Source: a virus (lineage: Duplodnaviria; Caudoviricetes). Taken from it: a DNA stretch of 33,509 nucleotides. A program made the position numbers and the translations under genes. The notes beneath the pieces were generated by a model. It made no database searches and was not told where the DNA came from. It saw only the letters and a program-made list of their open reading frames with translations. Shown here one piece after another: positions 25,806 through 33,509 of this stretch (the first letter of the stretch is position 1; every line of letters begins with the position of its first letter). The DNA lies in the IMG/VR virus record IMGVR_UViG_3300011338_000206, positions 1-33,509 of that record; one strand, given 5' to 3'.

Positions 25806-25901
25806 TTATTTGGTTAAGACGTCAAAGTAAGCCAGCGCGCAAACTAACAGCGCGCCAGCGATCGCGATCGCGGCCAGAATGTCGAGAATTAGGTTTTTCA
25901 T
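25806..25901 (-). CDS. 31-aa membrane peptide
   Basis: MKNLILDILAAIAIAGALLVCALAYFDVLTK, flanked by identical junction repeats. Confidence 0.6.
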   Translation of the reverse strand: MKNLILDILAAIAIAGALLVCALAYFDVLTK

Positions 25902-25911
25902 GGTTTGCCCC

Positions 25912-26178
25912 TTATTTAGTGGCCGCGTCGCGCAGCTGGTCAACGATGTTGGAATATTCGCCATAAGGCAAATCGATCGCGTGTGGCGTGGTGTACATGT
26001 TTCGGTCGTAAGCCCACATGATGTCGGTTTGAGTGAGCTCGACACCGGCAGGAAAAATAACGTCGATATGGCGATCGATGTCGAGAATCACGACGTGGCC
26101 GCTCTCGAGTTGAGTCGCAGCGATGCGCTGGCCGTTTTCGGTGTATGTGCGGCCGGTGTTGAAGGTAAGAATTTTCAC
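25912..26178 (-). CDS. hypothetical protein, first early gene
   Basis: 88 aa, GTG start, FNTGRTYTENGQRI motif. Confidence 0.6.
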   Translation of the reverse strand: MKILTFNTGRTYTENGQRIAATQLESGHVVILDIDRHIDVIFPAGVELTQTDIMWAYDRNMYTTPHAIDLPYGEYSNIVDQLRDAATK

Positions 26179-26228
26179 GGTTTGCCTTTCGTTTATACAG
26201 TGTTTGCCCTTCCCGCAAGGGAGACCCG

Positions 26229-26257
26229 AGCGTAAGTGATTTACTTACACTTGTCAA
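26229..26257 (-). promoter_or_regulatory. strong leftward sigma70 promoter with palindromic operator
   Basis: TTGACA(26257-52)-17-TACGCT(26234-29); palindrome GTAAGT-GATTT-ACTTAC at 26232-26248. Confidence 0.75.
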
Positions 26258-26300
26258 CGTGTTTTTGTAAAGATATTTGTAACAGTTTGTAACAGCGTTT

Positions 26301-26735
26301 TTGTGGGTTAGCGTGGGTTGTGCGTGGGTTGTGAAATAGCGTGCCAATGACCCACGCTTAAAGCTAATGAGCATGCGGGTTTGAGCTGTTTGTGGGTCAT
26401 TGTGGGTTATATATATCTTCATCCTAAGTTTAAAAAAAGTATTACATTTGCGTTGTAGTACTCTCGACCGGCAGCGATTTAAAATGACCGCCCACATGAC
26501 CCACAATGACCCACAAACCACGCACGGCGCATTGTGGCCGGTGCATGTGGGTTGTTGTGGGTCATCAAAAAACCATAACCCACAATGACCCACAAACCGG
26601 CCTGGCGCGTGGGTTTATACAGTGGTGGATGGGCATACAGTAGTGGATGGGCATACAGTAGTGTGCTGCGTGCTGCGTGGCCGCCAGCTGCGTGCTGCGT
26701 GCTGCATGCCGTGGGCAGTCCGCATGACCCACAAA
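26301..26735. repeat. iteron-like GTGGGT/ACCCAC array, putative replication origin
   Basis: 14 copies in both orientations, mostly 10-11 bp apart; 23-bp inverted repeat at 26388-26410 and 26575-26597; AT-rich core. Confidence 0.75.
26617..26706. repeat. 18-bp and 7-bp tandem repeats
   Basis: ATACAGT(G/A)GTGGATGGGC x2.6, then TGCTGCG runs. Confidence 0.8.
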
Positions 26736-26890
26736 ACGCGGAGGGGGGGAGGGGGAGGGCCGAGCCGATGGCCTAACGGTAGCGTAGCGCTCGCAAACAA
26801 TTTTTATTTTTACGGGCACACTGCAAAAGATTTTTTTATTTTTATTTTTTCGTTTATCATCGCCGCACGCATTCACGCGGCCATATACAT

Positions 26891-27361
26891 ATGAGTTTCC
26901 ATTCACTGCCACTTGTCTTAAATGAAGTGCGCGCCACAGAGGCGGTGCTCAACCGCATCTACGACGCAGCCAAGCTGGGCCTCAAGGGCGACAACTTAGC
27001 ATTGGCAGCAGGCATGGTGCCCAGGACGTACCGGCAGTTGTGCGAGCTAGACCCGCTGGCGCAGCTGGCCGAACAAAAAGGCCGCGCTGAAGGCGAGCTG
27101 CTCGCATCTAGGCAACTGCACAAGGCAGCCGAAGAAGGCGACGCCAAGGCCAGTCTGGCTATCTTGCAGAACGTCCACGGCTGGGTGGCCAAGCAGGCCA
27201 TCACGGTGGACGTCAACCAGCAGATCAGCATCCTGGGCGCACTGGCCGAGGCCGAGCGCAGAGCGGCCGACGTAGTGAACGTTACGGACGTCATAGCGCA
27301 CGAGCCAAGCCAACCGCTGCCGACCGCACGACTAGCACCCCACAAGCAGGCCATAGACTAA
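26891..27361 (+). CDS. terS: putative terminase small subunit
   Basis: HTH-like N-terminus, helical core, stop overlaps the terL start. Confidence 0.65.
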   Translation: MSFHSLPLVLNEVRATEAVLNRIYDAAKLGLKGDNLALAAGMVPRTYRQLCELDPLAQLAEQKGRAEGELLASRQLHKAAEEGDAKASLAILQNVHGWVAKQAITVDVNQQISILGALAEAERRAADVVNVTDVIAHEPSQPLPTARLAPHKQAID

Positions 27362-28890
27362 TGCAAACGACCATCTACTCGGCCGAAGACGAACAAGAAC
27401 TGATGGCGCGCCTCTGGGCGCCGCAGTACAAGGACAACCCACTGGCGTTCGTGCTGTACACGTTCCCGTGGGGCGTCAAGGGCACGCCACTGGAACACTT
27501 CAACGGCCCACGCAAGTGGCAGCGCGAGGTGTTGCAGCAGGTCGCCGACCACATCAAGCAGAACAAAGGCAAGATGGACTTCGACACGCTACGGCACGCA
27601 GTCTCATCTGGCCGTGGTATCGGTAAGTCGGCGCTGGTCAGCTGGATCGTGATCTGGATGCTGTCCACCCGCATCGGCTCGACGACCATCGTGTCGGCTA
27701 ACTCAGAGAGTCAGCTGCGCTCCATTACATGGGCCGAGATTACTAAGTGGCTAGCCATGAGCTTGAACAGCCACTGGTTCGAGGTCTCGGCCACCAGGCT
27801 GATGCCAGCCAAGTGGCTGACCGAGCTGGTCGAGCGCGACCTGAAGAAAGGCACACGTTACTGGGGCGTCGAGGGCAGACTGTGGTCGGCCGAGAATCCT
27901 GACGCTTACGCCGGTGTGCACAACTTCGACGGTGTGATGGTGATCTTCGACGAGGCCAGTGGTATCGACGACGCGATCTGGGCGGTGACGGCTGGCTTCT
28001 TTACAGAAAACACGCCTAACCGCTTTTGGCTTGCGTTCTCCAACCCACGACGCAACTCGGGCTACTTCTACGAGACGTTCCACAGCAAGCGGGAGTTCTG
28101 GCACACCAAGGTGGTGGACGCTAGAACAGTCGAGGGCACCGACAAGCAGGTGTACCAGCAGATCATCGACGAGTACGGGGCCGACTCAAGCCAAGCGCAC
28201 GTCGAGGTGTACGGTGAGTTCCCGAACGCGGGCGACGACCAGTTCATCTCCAGCCTGGTGGTGGACGACGCCATGAAGAGGCCACAGTACAAAGACCCAT
28301 CGGCCCCCATCGTGATCGGCGTAGACCCTGCACGGTTTGGTGCCGACGCCACAGTGTTGGCCGTGCGGCAAGGTCGGGACATCGTGCGCATCATTCGGCA
28401 CCGGGGCGACGACACCATGACGGTGGTCGGGCACGTCATAGAGGCAATCGAGGAGTTCAAGCCGGTGATGGTGTTCATCGACGAGGGCGGGCTGGGCGCG
28501 GGCATCGTGGACCGGCTCAAAGAGCAGCGGTACAAGATCAAGGGCGTCAACTTCGGCTGGAAGTCGCGCAACCCAGCCATGTACGGCAACATGCGGGCGC
28601 AAATTTGGGGTGACATGCGAGAATGGCTTAAGTCGGCCAGCATTCCAAACGACAAGTTCTTGAAAACGGACCTGATCTCGCCTATGATGAAGCCTGACTC
28701 CAAAGGTTCAATCTTCTTGGAGTCGAAAAAGGACATGAAAGCGCGGGGCCTGGCGTCACCAGACGCGGCCGACGCCATTGCGTTGACGTTCTCGTACCCA
28801 GTAGCCAGCCGGGGCGAGTACACTGAGCGCAACGCACCGCGCAGGAACGCACAAAACGGTGCTGCTACAACTTCATGGATGGGGTCGTGA
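27361..28890 (+). CDS. terL: terminase large subunit
   Basis: Walker A SGRGIGKS, Walker B VIFDEAS, coupling motif FSNP, nuclease GVDPARFGAD...SPDAADA. Confidence 0.95.
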   Translation: MQTTIYSAEDEQELMARLWAPQYKDNPLAFVLYTFPWGVKGTPLEHFNGPRKWQREVLQQVADHIKQNKGKMDFDTLRHAVSSGRGIGKSALVSWIVIWMLSTRIGSTTIVSANSESQLRSITWAEITKWLAMSLNSHWFEVSATRLMPAKWLTELVERDLKKGTRYWGVEGRLWSAENPDAYAGVHNFDGVMVIFDEASGIDDAIWAVTAGFFTENTPNRFWLAFSNPRRNSGYFYETFHSKREFWHTKVVDARTVEGTDKQVYQQIIDEYGADSSQAHVEVYGEFPNAGDDQFISSLVVDDAMKRPQYKDPSAPIVIGVDPARFGADATVLAVRQGRDIVRIIRHRGDDTMTVVGHVIEAIEEFKPVMVFIDEGGLGAGIVDRLKEQRYKIKGVNFGWKSRNPAMYGNMRAQIWGDMREWLKSASIPNDKFLKTDLISPMMKPDSKGSIFLESKKDMKARGLASPDAADAIALTFSYPVASRGEYTERNAPRRNAQNGAATTSWMGS

Positions 28891-29153
28891 TGGCTACAAA
28901 GAAAACTGTCTCTCTCAGTGTCGGTCGCGGCGAGAAACTGCCCGCATCCAAGGGCGCTGGCCTGACCGAAAAGGGCCGCGCCAAGTACAACGCAGCCACT
29001 GGCAGCAACTTGAAGGCTCCCGCACCCAGCCCCAAGACCAAGGCCGACCAAGGCCGTAAAGATTCGTTCTGCGCCCGCATGGAAGGGGTTGTCAAAAACG
29101 CCAAAGGCCCAGCAGAACGGGCCAAGGCATCACTCAAACGATGGAAGTGCTGA
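28890..29153 (+). CDS. small basic protein (DUF6321-like)
   Basis: GLTEKGRAKYN..TGSNLKAP...RKDSFCARM...SLKRWKC. Confidence 0.7.
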   Translation: MATKKTVSLSVGRGEKLPASKGAGLTEKGRAKYNAATGSNLKAPAPSPKTKADQGRKDSFCARMEGVVKNAKGPAERAKASLKRWKC

Positions 29154-29155
29154 TC

Positions 29156-29320
29156 ATGGCTACAAAACCCGGTCTTTACAGTAACATTCAAGCAAAACGC
29201 GCCCGCATCGCGGCTGGCTCTGGCGAGAAAATGCGCAAACCCGGCGCTGCTGGTGCGCCCACCGCCAAGGACTTCAAAGAGTCTGCCAAAACAGCCAAAA
29301 AACCCGCGAAAGGTAAGTGA
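29156..29320 (+). CDS. 54-aa Lys/Ala-rich protein
   Basis: MATKPGLYSNIQAKRARIAAGSGEKMRKPGAAGAPTAKDFKESAKTAKKPAKGK; absent from the ORF track. Confidence 0.7.
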   Translation: MATKPGLYSNIQAKRARIAAGSGEKMRKPGAAGAPTAKDFKESAKTAKKPAKGK

Positions 29321-29484
29321 TGCCACTCGTCAAATCACCCTCAAAAGAGGCGTTTCGCAAGAACGTCAAGGCTGAAATTGACAGCGGCAAAAAGCCTGCC
29401 CAGGCAGTTGCGATTGCGTACAGCGTCAAGCGGAGCGCAGCCAGCAACAATGCCAAAAAACCCACAATGAAGCCCAAAAAATGA
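29320..29484 (+). CDS. 54-aa basic protein
   Basis: MPLVKSPSKEAFRKNVKAEIDSGKKPAQAVAIAYSVKR...; coupled at both ends. Confidence 0.7.
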   Translation: MPLVKSPSKEAFRKNVKAEIDSGKKPAQAVAIAYSVKRSAASNNAKKPTMKPKK

Positions 29485-29729
29485 ACATTCAAGCCCTGCA
29501 AGACTGCCTGATCGTGCGCCCAGACATGGAGAAACACGAGCTTTTCATCCTTTTGAAGCAAAAACAAACGGGCACAGGTGTGGTAATCTCCGCTGGCCCA
29601 GATGCCAAAGATGTAAAAGTTGGCGACAAGGTGCTATTTGGTGATTCCATCGGACAAGACTTGAAGTGGGAAGGCGACAACCTGCTTGTCATGCGGGAAT
29701 CGCACACGCTTGGTGTATTTGACGCATGA
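29481..29729 (+). CDS. groES: GroES-like co-chaperonin
   Basis: [12 protein letters not shown]...GVVISAGP...[10 protein letters not shown]...[12 protein letters not shown] aligns by eye to cpn10. Confidence 0.85.
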   Translation: MNIQALQDCLIVRPDMEKHELFILLKQKQTGTGVVISAGPDAKDVKVGDKVLFGDSIGQDLKWEGDNLLVMRESHTLGVFDA

Positions 29730-30280
29730 AAATAATCAGTCGGTCTGAAGCAATAGCGCAGGGTTTACCGCGCTATTTCACAAACACGCCTTGCAAGCAC
29801 GGGCATGTTGCTGAACGACAGGTTACAAATTACGGTTGTTGTGTCTGCGCCGACAATGCCTTCAAAAAATGGTACGCCGAGCACTCAGCGGATCATTTGA
29901 AGCACGTCAACAACTGGCGGCAGAAGAACCCAGACAAGGTTTCAGCTATTCGCACAAAATGGTCGGAAGGCAATCCTGAGAAGGTCAGGCAGTCGACCAA
30001 AAACTGGAAACGCTCTAATCTGAGCAAGGTGGCTGAATCAGCAACGCGCCGCCGCGCCGCCAAAGACTTGCGGATGCCAAATTGGCTTACTTCCGCAGAT
30101 CGACTAGAATTCGACACAGTTTACGCATACTGTGCGGCACTCCGTTCCGCTGGCTTGGACTATCATGTTGACCACATTGTCCCTTTGCGGGGAAAATCGG
30201 TGTCAGGTTTGCACGTTCCTTGGAACCTGCAAGTGATACCTGCCGTTGAAAACATGAGCAAAGGGAATCGATTTCAATGA
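29726..30280 (+). CDS. HNH homing endonuclease
   Basis: [11 protein letters not shown]...C..C N-terminal Zn module; [34 protein letters not shown]. Confidence 0.9.
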   Translation: MKIISRSEAIAQGLPRYFTNTPCKHGHVAERQVTNYGCCVCADNAFKKWYAEHSADHLKHVNNWRQKNPDKVSAIRTKWSEGNPEKVRQSTKNWKRSNLSKVAESATRRRAAKDLRMPNWLTSADRLEFDTVYAYCAALRSAGLDYHVDHIVPLRGKSVSGLHVPWNLQVIPAVENMSKGNRFQ

Positions 30281-32451
30281 AAGACACCACCGGAATCGTA
30301 GCCGCAGCCAATGTGGCAAAAAACGGACCGTACCCGTCAAAAGGCGGTTCCGAGGAAATTCTGACCGTTGCCCGTTCGCGCATGAACACGGCAATCACGG
30401 CGTTTTCCCAGACTCGGGAAGACGAACTCGATGACCTGCGGTTCTACGCAGGCTCCCCAGACAACCAGTGGCAGTGGCCTGCTGACGTGCTCCAGACCCG
30501 TGGTGCCGTGCAGGGTCAGACCATCAACGCCCGTCCTTGCCTGACCATTAACAAGCTGCCGCAGCACGTCCACCAAGTGACGAACGAGCAGCGCATGAAC
30601 CGTCCCGGCATCAAGGTGATCCCGGCTGACGACAAGGCTGACGTGGACGTGGCCGATGTGTTCAACGGCGTCATTCGCCACATCGAGTACATCTCCGATG
30701 CTGACGTGGCCTACGACACCGCTTGTGAGAACCAAGTGTCCTACGGCGAAGGCTACATCCGGCTGCTGACCGAGTATTGCAACGAAGACACGTTCGATCA
30801 GGACATCAAGATCGGGCGCATCCGCAACAGCTTCAGCGTCTACATGGACCCCCTGATCCAAGACCCCACTGGCGCAGACGCCAAGTGGTGCTTTATCACG
30901 GAAGACCTGCCCAAAGCTGAATACGAGCGTTTGTACCCCGATGCAGCGCCCATCAGCACCCTGATGAACCTTGGCGTGGGCGATCAGTCCATCGCGCAGT
31001 GGATCGGTGAGAACACCATCCGCATCGCCGAGTACTTCTACATCGAGTACGAGAAGCACACGCTCAACCTATACCCCGGCAACCAGACTGCGTTCAGCGG
31101 TACGCCCGAGGACAAGCAGCTTCGGGCCATGTTCGGCAAGCCGATCCGCAGCCGCGAAGCTGACCGCAAAAAGGTCAAGTGGTGCAAGATCAACGGCTAC
31201 GACATCCTCGAAGAACGCGAGTGGGCTGGTGCTTACATCCCCGTGGTGCGCGTGGTCGGCAACGAGTTTGAGGTGGACGGCCAGATGTACGTGTCGGGCT
31301 TGGTGCGCAACGCCAAGGATGCCCAGCGCATGTACAACTACTGGGTGTCGCAGGAAGCTGAGATGCTGGCGCTGGCCCCTAAAGCCCCATTCATCGGCTA
31401 CGGCGGTCAGTTTGAAGGCTACGAGCAGCAGTGGAAGACTGCCAACACAAACAACTGGCCCTATCTGGAGGTCAATCCTGACGTCACAGACGGTCAAGGT
31501 GCTGTGTTGCCACTACCCCAGCGGGCACAGCCTCCAATGGCCTCCAGCGGCCTCCTGCAAGCCAAGGCGGGCGCTGCCGAGGACATCAAGTCAGCCACAG
31601 GTCAGTACAACGCTTCGCTGGGTATGACCAGCAACGAGCGTTCTGGCAAGGCCATCTTGGCCCGCCAGCGCGAAGGCGACATCGGCACCTACCACTACGT
31701 TGACAACTTGGCCCGTGCGATCCGTCACATTGGTCGGCAACTCGTGGACCTGATCCCCAAAATTTACGACACCGAGCGTATTGCTCGCATCATCGGTGAA
31801 GACGGTGAGCCAGATACCGTCAAGATGAACCCGATGCAGGAAGAACCTGTCAAGCGGATCGTGGACCAAGAGGGCAACCTGATCGAAAAGGTCTACAACC
31901 CCGGCGTTGGCAAGTACGATGTGCGCGTGATCACCGGCCCCGGCTACGCTACCAAGCGTCAGGAAGCCTTGGAGAGCATGGCCCAGTTGCTGCAAGGCAA
32001 CCCACAGTTGTGGCAAGTGGCTGGCGACCTGTTTGTCAAGAACATGGACTGGCCCGGTGCCCAAGACCTCGCCAAGCGGTTCAAGAAGACCATCGACCCC
32101 AAAGTGCTGGCCGACGAAGACGATCCAGCCTTGGCCGCTGCCAACCAGCAGATGGAGGCAATGGCCGCTGAGATGGAAAACATGTTCCAGATGTTGCAAA
32201 ACGTCAACCAGAGCATGGAAGCTCGTGAGATGCAGATCAAGCAGTTTGAGGCTGACATCAAGGCATACTCTGCTGAGACACAGCGCATCAGCGCGGTGCA
32301 GGCTGGCATGTCGCCCGAGCAGATTCAGGACATCGTGATGGGCACCATTGCCGCAGCGATGGACACTGGCGACCTGGTTGCAGGCGCACCGCAGATGCCT
32401 GAGATGCCGATGCAGCCGCAGGGTCAAATGCCACCTGAAGGGATGATGTAA
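30277..32451 (+). CDS. portal protein, P22 gp1-like
   Basis: 724 aa; [40 protein letters not shown]-terminal barrel coiled coil. Confidence 0.93.
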   Translation: MKDTTGIVAAANVAKNGPYPSKGGSEEILTVARSRMNTAITAFSQTREDELDDLRFYAGSPDNQWQWPADVLQTRGAVQGQTINARPCLTINKLPQHVHQVTNEQRMNRPGIKVIPADDKADVDVADVFNGVIRHIEYISDADVAYDTACENQVSYGEGYIRLLTEYCNEDTFDQDIKIGRIRNSFSVYMDPLIQDPTGADAKWCFITEDLPKAEYERLYPDAAPISTLMNLGVGDQSIAQWIGENTIRIAEYFYIEYEKHTLNLYPGNQTAFSGTPEDKQLRAMFGKPIRSREADRKKVKWCKINGYDILEEREWAGAYIPVVRVVGNEFEVDGQMYVSGLVRNAKDAQRMYNYWVSQEAEMLALAPKAPFIGYGGQFEGYEQQWKTANTNNWPYLEVNPDVTDGQGAVLPLPQRAQPPMASSGLLQAKAGAAEDIKSATGQYNASLGMTSNERSGKAILARQREGDIGTYHYVDNLARAIRHIGRQLVDLIPKIYDTERIARIIGEDGEPDTVKMNPMQEEPVKRIVDQEGNLIEKVYNPGVGKYDVRVITGPGYATKRQEALESMAQLLQGNPQLWQVAGDLFVKNMDWPGAQDLAKRFKKTIDPKVLADEDDPALAAANQQMEAMAAEMENMFQMLQNVNQSMEAREMQIKQFEADIKAYSAETQRISAVQAGMSPEQIQDIVMGTIAAAMDTGDLVAGAPQMPEMPMQPQGQMPPEGMM

Positions 32452-32813
32452 TGAGTTGCGCTGAATTTGTTGGTGAGTTGTTCTTGGCACGGGATGTGGC
32501 CCATTCCGTCCACCTCAACACCCGTTCCTACTCAAAACACAAGGCGCTGCGGCACTTTTACAGAGATGTTTTGGAAGCTGCCGACAAGTTTGCCGAGGCA
32601 TACCAAGGCCGTCATGGTCTAATTGGCCCCATCTCGCTCAAGTCAGCCCGCAAGGACGGTGCCATTCTGCCGTTCTTGGAAGACTCGCTGGCCTACATCG
32701 AGGAAAACCGGTACAAGGTCTGCGGTAAGACCGATTCGACTTTGCAGAACATCATTGATGAGATCATTGCTGTTTACCTGTCTGCTATTTACAAGCTAAA
32801 ATTTCTGGCATAA
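32451..32813 (+). CDS. ferritin/Dps-like four-helix protein (DUF5856-like)
   Basis: AHSVHLNTRSYSKHKALRHFY...DKFAEAYQG...LQNIIDEI...YKLKFL. Confidence 0.7.
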   Translation: MSCAEFVGELFLARDVAHSVHLNTRSYSKHKALRHFYRDVLEAADKFAEAYQGRHGLIGPISLKSARKDGAILPFLEDSLAYIEENRYKVCGKTDSTLQNIIDEIIAVYLSAIYKLKFLA

Positions 32814-32824
32814 GGACGCACATC

Positions 32825-33509
32825 ATGGCCGTAACTCTCTCGCTGTTTGCTGGTGCAGGCGCTCAATTTTTTGACAACAATGGCAACGTGTTGTCCGGTG
32901 GCAAGATTTACACATACCAAGCGGGTACAACTACCCCATTGGCTACCTACACCACAAACTCCGAGTCTGCGTTTCACACCAACCCCATTATTTTGGATGC
33001 TGCTGGTCGTGTACCAAGCGGCGGTGAAATCTGGTTGCAGTTTGGAATTGGTTACAAGTTTGTTCTCAGGACATCCGCAGATGTTCTGATTGCCACATAC
33101 GACAACATCCCTTCGTCTGCGCAGCCACCTGCTGCTAATGACGCCGACTCCATCATGTACGAGCAAGGCTACACCGTTACGGCGGGCAGCTTTACTGTAG
33201 GGAAAATTTACCGGATTGCGTCTGTTGGTACGACCGACTTTACGTTGATTGGTGCAACAGCCAACACTGTCGGCATTCACTTTATCGCAACGGGTGTGGG
33301 CACGGGCACAGGTACTGCGGAACTGTCTCAAACAGTCGAAACCAAGCTGCGTGAAACCGTAAGCGTCAAAGACTTTGGTGCCGTTGGTGACGGGGTGACA
33401 GATGACACGGTTGCGATTCAGGCGGCAATTGATGCGGTGTTCGCCGATGGCGGTGGAACAGTATTTTTCCCATCTGGTGTTTACATTAGCGATCCGCTAA
33501 TACTGAAAT
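32825..33509 (+). CDS. tailspike (pectate-lyase-3-type beta helix), 3' truncated
   Basis: MAVTLSLFAGAGAQFFDNNGNVLSGGKIYTYQAGTTTP...NPIILDAAGR head-binding domain, then VSVKDFGAVGDGVTDDTVAIQAAID...GGGTVFFPSGVY; open to the window end. Confidence 0.88.
   Translation, partial: MAVTLSLFAGAGAQFFDNNGNVLSGGKIYTYQAGTTTPLATYTTNSESAFHTNPIILDAAGRVPSGGEIWLQFGIGYKFVLRTSADVLIATYDNIPSSAQPPAANDADSIMYEQGYTVTAGSFTVGKIYRIASVGTTDFTLIGATANTVGIHFIATGVGTGTGTAELSQTVETKLRETVSVKDFGAVGDGVTDDTVAIQAAIDAVFADGGGTVFFPSGVYISDPLILK

Noticed and set aside
26301-26735. CRISPR array
   Set aside because: Repeats are 6-10 bp in both orientations with no regular unique spacers. The Cas4-like nuclease is the usual phage exonuclease.
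26400-26912. Short ORFs in the repeat region
   Set aside because: They are translations of DNA repeats with no RBS or coding bias.
32847-33089. +1 ORF in the tailspike
   Set aside because: T-ending codons are normal in the structural genes, so an open hydrophobic +1 frame is expected. There is no local codon shift.

Overview
Nearly complete genome of a tailed dsDNA phage, probably circularly permuted because both window ends fall inside fibre/tailspike genes. The virion module is P22-like (podovirus): TerS, TerL, portal, scaffold, coat, gp4/gp10 tail hub, needle-like protein, three ejection proteins and a tailspike. There is an M15-peptidase lysis cassette and an APSE-like replication module (PD-(D/E)XK exonuclease, putative SSB, family-A DNA polymerase, RepB-type primase fused to an SF3 helicase, SNF2 helicase, VRR-NUC). 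A leftward early operon includes a GP88-family Fe-S protein, and a ~700 bp repeat-rich non-coding region precedes terS. Two HNH endonucleases and an XF1762/Mom-like gene look like clean insertions. No integrase, CI-like repressor, tRNA, CRISPR array or spanin was recognised. A proteobacterial host is inferred, not shown. The most unusual signals are: (i) candidate nested +1-frame genes in the exonuclease, polymerase and helicase, each coinciding with a local change in codon usage of the host gene; (ii) a ~100 nt multi-stem RNA with two alternative folds between SSB and polymerase; (iii) a helically phased iteron array with a 23-bp inverted repeat; (iv) a hairpin that hides the RBS of an HNH gene; and (v) a shared junction motif before each early gene. 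All family assignments come from motif recognition by eye, not database searches.
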